From: an uncultured Candidatus Saccharibacteria bacterium
Lineage (GTDB): Bacteria; Patescibacteriota; Saccharimonadia; CAILAD01; BJGX01
Length of the DNA: 64,000 bases
NCBI GenBank assembly: GCA_964610335.1
Contig: CAZSVP010000001.1
Span: 351,442-415,441 of the forward strand
Direction of reading: 5' to 3'
In this document: in pieces, positions 59,228-64,000 of the stretch
Layout of the letters: each line of letters opens with the position of its first letter
Position numbering within the stretch: the first letter of the stretch is position 1
The notes under the pieces: generated by a model
Told to the model about the DNA's origin: nothing
The model's database searches: none
What the model saw: only the letters and a program-made list of their open reading frames with translations
Made by a program: the position numbers and the translations under genes

Positions 59228-61756
59228 ATGAGTGAATTACCAGAAGAGAAAATAAAGGCCTTCGACAACGAGAACTTTGAACCGCAAAAAACAGAGTTTG
59301 GTTTGATTGCGCCAAAGACAGTTGAGTCTGAGATGGAGAAGAGTTATCTCGATTATGCTATGAGCGTAATTGTTTCTCGTGCTTTGCCTGACGTACGTGA
59401 TGGTATGAAACCGGTACATCGTCGCATCATGTACACCATGCTACAAGAGGGGTTGCGCTCCAACTCCAAGTATCGTAAGAGTGCCAACACTGTTGGTGTA
59501 GTAATGGCTAAATACCATCCTCATGGTGATGCTGCTATCTACGATTCTATGGCTCGCATGGCGCAATATTGGTCGATGCGCTACATGCTGGTAGATGGTC
59601 AAGGTAACTTTGGTTCAATGGATGGCGATGCACCAGCTGCTATGCGATACACCGAAGCACGTATGACCAAGGTGGCAGAGGAAATGCTTCAAGATATCGA
59701 GAAAGAAACTGTAGACTTTGCACCCAACTACGATGGCAGTCAACGTGAGCCAAAGGTATTGCCAGCCAAGCTGCCAAACTTGTTGCTCAATGGTGTGCAG
59801 GGTATCGCTGTTGGTATGGCCACCAATATCCCAACTCACAACCTTAGTGAAGTGATTGATGGTGTGATTTGTTTGATCGATACTCCCGAGGCAGGTGTGC
59901 TGGAACTCACCAAGATAATCAAAGGGCCAGACTTCCCTACCGGTGGAATTATTTTTGATGATGGCTCTATAGCCCAGGCTTATGGCACTGGTAAGGGTAG
60001 TATTGTAATGCGAGCAGTTGCAGAAATAGAAGAGGATAAGAAAGGCCGTGAGCGGATTGTAATTACTGAGATCCCCTATCAAGTAAATCGCGCAACATTG
60101 ATCGAGAAGATAGCAGAACTGCATCGCGACAAGAAAGTAATGGGTATTGCCGACCTTCGTGATGAGTCTGCCAAAGAAGATGTTCGTATAGTCATAGAAC
60201 TCAAAAAAGATGCTTACGCCAACAAGCTGCTCAATCAGCTATACAAGCTTACACCAATGCAGACAGCTTTCCATGTCAATATGCTGGCTTTGGTAGATGG
60301 TATCCAGCCCCGCGTATTGAATCTCGAAATGGTACTACGTGAGTATCTAAAGCATCGTCAAGCAGTGGTTCGACGTCGAACCGAGTTTGAGTTACGCAAA
60401 GCCAAAGATCGCGCTCATATACTAGAAGGCTTACGAATTGCTCTGGACCAAATCGACAAAGTAATCTCAACTATTCGAGAATCTGATACTCAAGACGAGG
60501 CTCGAGCAAACTTGATGAGCCGGTTTAAACTTACTGAGATCCAAGCCAACGCAATTCTCGCCATGCAGCTACGTACACTGGCTGGGCTAGAGCGTAAGAA
60601 GATTGAAGACGAATACGAAGAGCTTCAAAAACTTATTAAGCAGCTCGAGGGTATATTAAGTAGTGAAGCCAATATTCTCAAAGTTATTCGTGAAGAATTG
60701 GTTGAGATGAAAGAAAAGTACGGCGACAAGCGACGTACTCAGATTATCAAAAAAGCAATTGGCAACTTTAGCGACGAAGACCTTATACCCGATGAAGAAG
60801 TAATAATTACTCTTACCAAAGGTAACTATATCAAGCGAATTCCAGCCAATACTTATGCCAGCCAGGGACGTGGCGGCAAAGGTAAGATGGGCATGACCAC
60901 CAAGGAAGAGGATGTCGTAGAGCACTTAGTACACGCTAACTCTCACAATACTATCTTGTTCTTTACCTCAGCAGGTAGAGTGTTCAAACTCAAGGCCTAC
61001 GAGCTTCCACCTGCCTCACGAGTAGCTAAGGGTGCTTCGATCATGAATGTTCTCAACCTCAGCCCAGACGAAAAAGTCACTGCTCTAGTAGGCCTAACCA
61101 AGGATGACCCAACTCAGTATTTGTTTATGGCAACTCGTGGTGGTACTATCAAAAAAACAGCTCTCAAAGATTTTGCGAATATTCGTACCAATGGCATAGT
61201 GGCTATCAAACTTGACCAGGGCGATGAGCTACGTTGGGTGAAGAAGACAACTGGCAAAGACGAAGTGATTATCTCAACCGCTATGGCCCAGGCAATTCGC
61301 TTTAAGGAAACTGATGTTCGTCCAATGGGTCGAGCCACTCGTGGTGTTCGTGGCATACGTTTGCGAAGCGAGGATAGCGTGGTGGGAGTAGATGTGATTG
61401 GTAGTACAGAGGCTGTTATGCTTGTTGTTATGAAGAATGGTTATGGTAAGCGTACCAGTTCTTCACAATTTACTACTCACAATCGTGGTGGTGTTGGCAT
61501 CCGGGCTGGCGTGGTGACCAAGAAGACTGGCAAGGCGCTTGATGTTCGTATCACCAACAATGATAACGCCGATGTGCTGCTTATATCCAAGCAAGGTCAA
61601 GTAATTCGTCTGCATCTCAAGGCAATTCCTAAGATAGGACGTTCAACTCAGGGCGTACGAATCATGCGACTAAACGAAAACGATGAGATTGCCTCAGTGG
61701 CTGTACTTGAAGAAGTAGAAGAGATTGCAGAAAAGGAAACTTCGGCCAAAGAATAA
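59228..61756 (+). CDS. gyrA: DNA gyrase subunit A
   Basis: N-terminal YAMSVIVSRALPDVRDGMKPVHRR (the QRDR region), the catalytic Tyr region, and a C-terminal beta-pinwheel with a GyrA-box-like QGRGGKG. Confidence 0.95.
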   Translation: MSELPEEKIKAFDNENFEPQKTEFGLIAPKTVESEMEKSYLDYAMSVIVSRALPDVRDGMKPVHRRIMYTMLQEGLRSNSKYRKSANTVGVVMAKYHPHGDAAIYDSMARMAQYWSMRYMLVDGQGNFGSMDGDAPAAMRYTEARMTKVAEEMLQDIEKETVDFAPNYDGSQREPKVLPAKLPNLLLNGVQGIAVGMATNIPTHNLSEVIDGVICLIDTPEAGVLELTKIIKGPDFPTGGIIFDDGSIAQAYGTGKGSIVMRAVAEIEEDKKGRERIVITEIPYQVNRATLIEKIAELHRDKKVMGIADLRDESAKEDVRIVIELKKDAYANKLLNQLYKLTPMQTAFHVNMLALVDGIQPRVLNLEMVLREYLKHRQAVVRRRTEFELRKAKDRAHILEGLRIALDQIDKVISTIRESDTQDEARANLMSRFKLTEIQANAILAMQLRTLAGLERKKIEDEYEELQKLIKQLEGILSSEANILKVIREELVEMKEKYGDKRRTQIIKKAIGNFSDEDLIPDEEVIITLTKGNYIKRIPANTYASQGRGGKGKMGMTTKEEDVVEHLVHANSHNTILFFTSAGRVFKLKAYELPPASRVAKGASIMNVLNLSPDEKVTALVGLTKDDPTQYLFMATRGGTIKKTALKDFANIRTNGIVAIKLDQGDELRWVKKTTGKDEVIISTAMAQAIRFKETDVRPMGRATRGVRGIRLRSEDSVVGVDVIGSTEAVMLVVMKNGYGKRTSSSQFTTHNRGGVGIRAGVVTKKTGKALDVRITNNDNADVLLISKQGQVIRLHLKAIPKIGRSTQGVRIMRLNENDEIASVAVLEEVEEIAEKETSAKE

Positions 61757-61953
61757 CAAATCGCTATTGCTTGACTTACTTAGTTGCAAAGGCGTATAAC
61801 AACAATCATACCGAAAAAAGTTTGGTAAAAAACAAAGAATTATTGGAAATTGTATTGCACCTTTTTTAAGACCTTTGGTATAGTCAGTATAGACATGGTT
61901 GATTTCTTTCTAGGAAGGGCGGCTCAATCAATGTTTTCACTAAGGAGTAATTT

Positions 61954-62787
61954 ATGTTTGTACGCTCGGTTCGTTTCGTACTTTTGCTACTGCTAGTGGT
62001 CGCCGCTTTTGGCGCCAGTGCTGTTCGCGCTCATGCAGCCGCAGAAGTACGCAACGAAGAATCGTCCACATCTTCTAGCCAATCCGAATCCAGCTCACAA
62101 GTCTCAGTTCAGCAAACTGTGGTTGAAGAACACGCTATTCAGACAAGTGGCTCAGCGTTATCACAAGGAGAGACTGACGGAGGTGGTTTACAAACAAAGC
62201 CAGAAGAGCTAGTAAGCCAATCTAATCAAATTGTGGAGTCCACTCAGCGGGCTGCGTTGGTTACTAGTGACACTGTAGAAACAAAAGAAACTTCCAGCAG
62301 GGCTACGGCAAAACAGTATTCTAATTACGCCGCAAATAAGCATGTGGTATTGGCTGCAGAGAGTCATACCACTCCAGTGCAGTTGCAGCCAACTCCAGCT
62401 ACACAAACAACACCACAGCCCAATGATCCAGTATCCAATAGCTCCAACCCGTTGATGGTACTATTGTCGGCAACTTCGAATGCTATCTTTACAATTTCTG
62501 GTAGCTTATTACACATGCTAAATGCAGTGGTACCGCTAAGCACTAGCTACATGCTTGTAGGGTTAGTACTTACCACTCTTATGGTTTTGCTACTTGCTAG
62601 CGTTGTGGTAACTTACCTTAAGCGCATGGGTTTTGCCCACGGTGCACGTTCCAATCCTGTAGCACAAGCTACTATCTTTCTTTTTGTAAAATCGAGTTCA
62701 AAATGGTTTGCCAAACAGGACTCGGTTTTTTCGTATTTGGTTTCAAACAAAATAATGAAATTACATAATGTAGGAGGAATACTATGA
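61954..62787 (+). CDS. secreted Ser/Thr-rich protein with a signal peptide and a C-terminal TM helix (hypothetical)
   Basis: AAGGAG RBS. Signal peptide ...GASAVRAHA. Low-complexity S/T/Q-rich body. C-terminal hydrophobic helix followed by a KR tail. Confidence 0.5.
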   Translation: MFVRSVRFVLLLLLVVAAFGASAVRAHAAAEVRNEESSTSSSQSESSSQVSVQQTVVEEHAIQTSGSALSQGETDGGGLQTKPEELVSQSNQIVESTQRAALVTSDTVETKETSSRATAKQYSNYAANKHVVLAAESHTTPVQLQPTPATQTTPQPNDPVSNSSNPLMVLLSATSNAIFTISGSLLHMLNAVVPLSTSYMLVGLVLTTLMVLLLASVVVTYLKRMGFAHGARSNPVAQATIFLFVKSSSKWFAKQDSVFSYLVSNKIMKLHNVGGIL

Positions 62788-63365
62788 GAAAAGCAAAATT
62801 AATCGCAGCAGCTAGTTTGTTGGTAAGCTTGGCAACTGCAGGTGTTGCCCACGCCGATAGCACAGTTATTACTGGTACTGGTGCAGGCAGCACAAACAGC
62901 GCGAATATTACTAACACTTATGTCGAGACAGTAGTGAACACTGACACAGTAGTCGCTAACAACGTCAATGGCCAAGGTGGCAACACTGGTAATGGTCAAG
63001 TCAACGGTAATACTACTGGTGGCGATGCTGTCAGCGGCAGTGTCAACAACAGCAACTCATTTGTAACAACCGTTGCTATTAGCAATATTGGTGGCCAAGG
63101 TGGAAGCTCTACAACAGTTGTTCCAGCTTCAACTGAAGAAACCACAGTTGCTCAACTACCACGTACTGGTGGTGGTTTGGTAGATATGCGCTTGCTAGAT
63201 GCCTTAATGCGAGCCCGACAAGGTGTACTTAGCCAGGCACCGATGAGCTTGCCGCAGTGGAGTTGGGGCATGACAGCTCTAGCTGCCGCAGTTGCGCTTG
63301 GTAGCACGTATGGCTATGGCCGACTTATGAGTCGACGCATTAACAAACTCGCCGCTACTGTCTAA
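62784..63365 (+). CDS. secreted Gly/Asn/Thr-rich repeat protein with an LPRTG motif
   Basis: Signal peptide ...AGVAHA. Repeats NGNTTGGDAVSGSVNNSNSF. LPRTGGG followed about 35 aa later by a hydrophobic segment and a basic tail. Confidence 0.55.
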   Translation: MRKAKLIAAASLLVSLATAGVAHADSTVITGTGAGSTNSANITNTYVETVVNTDTVVANNVNGQGGNTGNGQVNGNTTGGDAVSGSVNNSNSFVTTVAISNIGGQGGSSTTVVPASTEETTVAQLPRTGGGLVDMRLLDALMRARQGVLSQAPMSLPQWSWGMTALAAAVALGSTYGYGRLMSRRINKLAATV

Positions 63366-63465
63366 CAGTACTGGACCCTTCGTGGGTCCATCTCGGTGAT
63401 GTCAATCATCGAGATGGGCTCGAGAAAAGCCCAAGAAAATAATTAATGATAGGAGGTGAAAACCT

Positions 63466-64000
63466 ATGAAAAAAGTATTACGTTATGCAGCTGTTGCAGT
63501 AGCAAGTCTTGGTATGACTGCAGGTGTAGTTTCAGCCAGTTCGGCAGTTATCGGCACAACCGGTCCTAGCTCGAACAATCAAGTAACTGAGACCAACACT
63601 TGGACGTCTACCCGTACCAACAACAACACTGGTGTTGCTACAAACACCAATGCACAAAATGGTGCGACTGGAAATGCTCAAGTCAACAACAACACTACTG
63701 GCGGCTCTGCCATGAGTGGTAATGTTACCAACAGCGCTTCCAGCTCTACTAGCTTTGCATTCAGCAACGTTGGTGGTGGCTTGGTATTGCCTGTCTTGGG
63801 CAACAACAGCTCGACTATCTCAGTAACTGGTCCAAACTCGAACAACCAGGTGTTCTTTACAAACAACGTTAACTCTGTTGTGACTAACAACAACAATGTT
63901 GTCGTTACTAATGTAAACAACCAAACAGGGACCACTGGTAATGCTCACGTGAACAACAACACCACTGGCGGCTCAGCCGTTAGCGGAAGTGTCACTAACA
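63466..64000 (+). CDS. secreted Gly/Asn/Thr-rich repeat protein, paralog of the 62784-63365 gene (3' end truncated by the window edge)
   Basis: AGGAGGTG RBS 8 nt upstream. Signal peptide MKKVLRYAAVAVASLGMTAGVVSA. Repeats NNNTTGGSA(M/V)SG(N/S)VTNS occur at least twice. The open frame runs to the end of the window. This gene is not in the supplied ORF track because no stop codon is reached. Confidence 0.55.
   Translation, partial: MKKVLRYAAVAVASLGMTAGVVSASSAVIGTTGPSSNNQVTETNTWTSTRTNNNTGVATNTNAQNGATGNAQVNNNTTGGSAMSGNVTNSASSSTSFAFSNVGGGLVLPVLGNNSSTISVTGPNSNNQVFFTNNVNSVVTNNNNVVVTNVNNQTGTTGNAHVNNNTTGGSAVSGSVTN

Overview
This 64-kb window is a low-GC segment (roughly low-40s % by eye), gene-dense with small genes, most consistent with a Patescibacteria/CPR (Saccharibacteria-like) chromosome. 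That taxonomic placement is an inference from gene content and style. The window contains the following, in order.

Kb 0-14 holds housekeeping and envelope genes. These are a MacB-type ABC exporter pair, the infC-rpmI-rplT operon, a bactofilin with a DUF4446-like partner, ComM/YifB, a GalT-like enzyme and five glycosyltransferases.

A tmRNA gene (ssrA) sits at 14086-14477 with its own promoter and terminator.

A conspicuous high-GC island at about 15.4-17.0 kb carries purC and purE.

Kb 18-34 is again housekeeping: class I fructose-bisphosphate aldolase, smpB, argS, a UvrD-like helicase-nuclease coupled to a SprT-like protein, pheA, rmuC, trpS, pheS, pheT and an L,D-transpeptidase. The pheT gene carries an NlpC/P60 hydrolase domain inserted in its middle.

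Between trpS and pheS there is a 950-bp structured noncoding gap with no assigned feature.

The most unusual part is a co-oriented plus-strand block from about 34.8 to 57.0 kb. It encodes a T4SS-type P-loop ATPase with an N-terminal membrane anchor. Next come an LPxTG-anchored PKD/DUF11 surface protein and two odd membrane-hairpin proteins. These are followed by a complete but divergent F1-type ATPase set in alpha-gamma-beta-epsilon order, with no recognisable Fo a/c/b/delta genes next to it. The block ends with four tandem paralogous giant surface proteins. Each has an N-terminal signal-anchor, a collagen-like Gly-X-Y tract, beta-helix-like Gly/Asn/Thr repeats and a C-terminal phage-tail-fibre intramolecular-chaperone (peptidase S74-like) domain. 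Two of the four share a near-identical 600-bp 5' segment.

The window ends with gyrB-gyrA and a family of secreted Gly/Asn/Thr-rich repeat proteins, one of which has an LPRTG motif.

No CRISPR array, IS element, integrase or rRNA/tRNA gene was detected.
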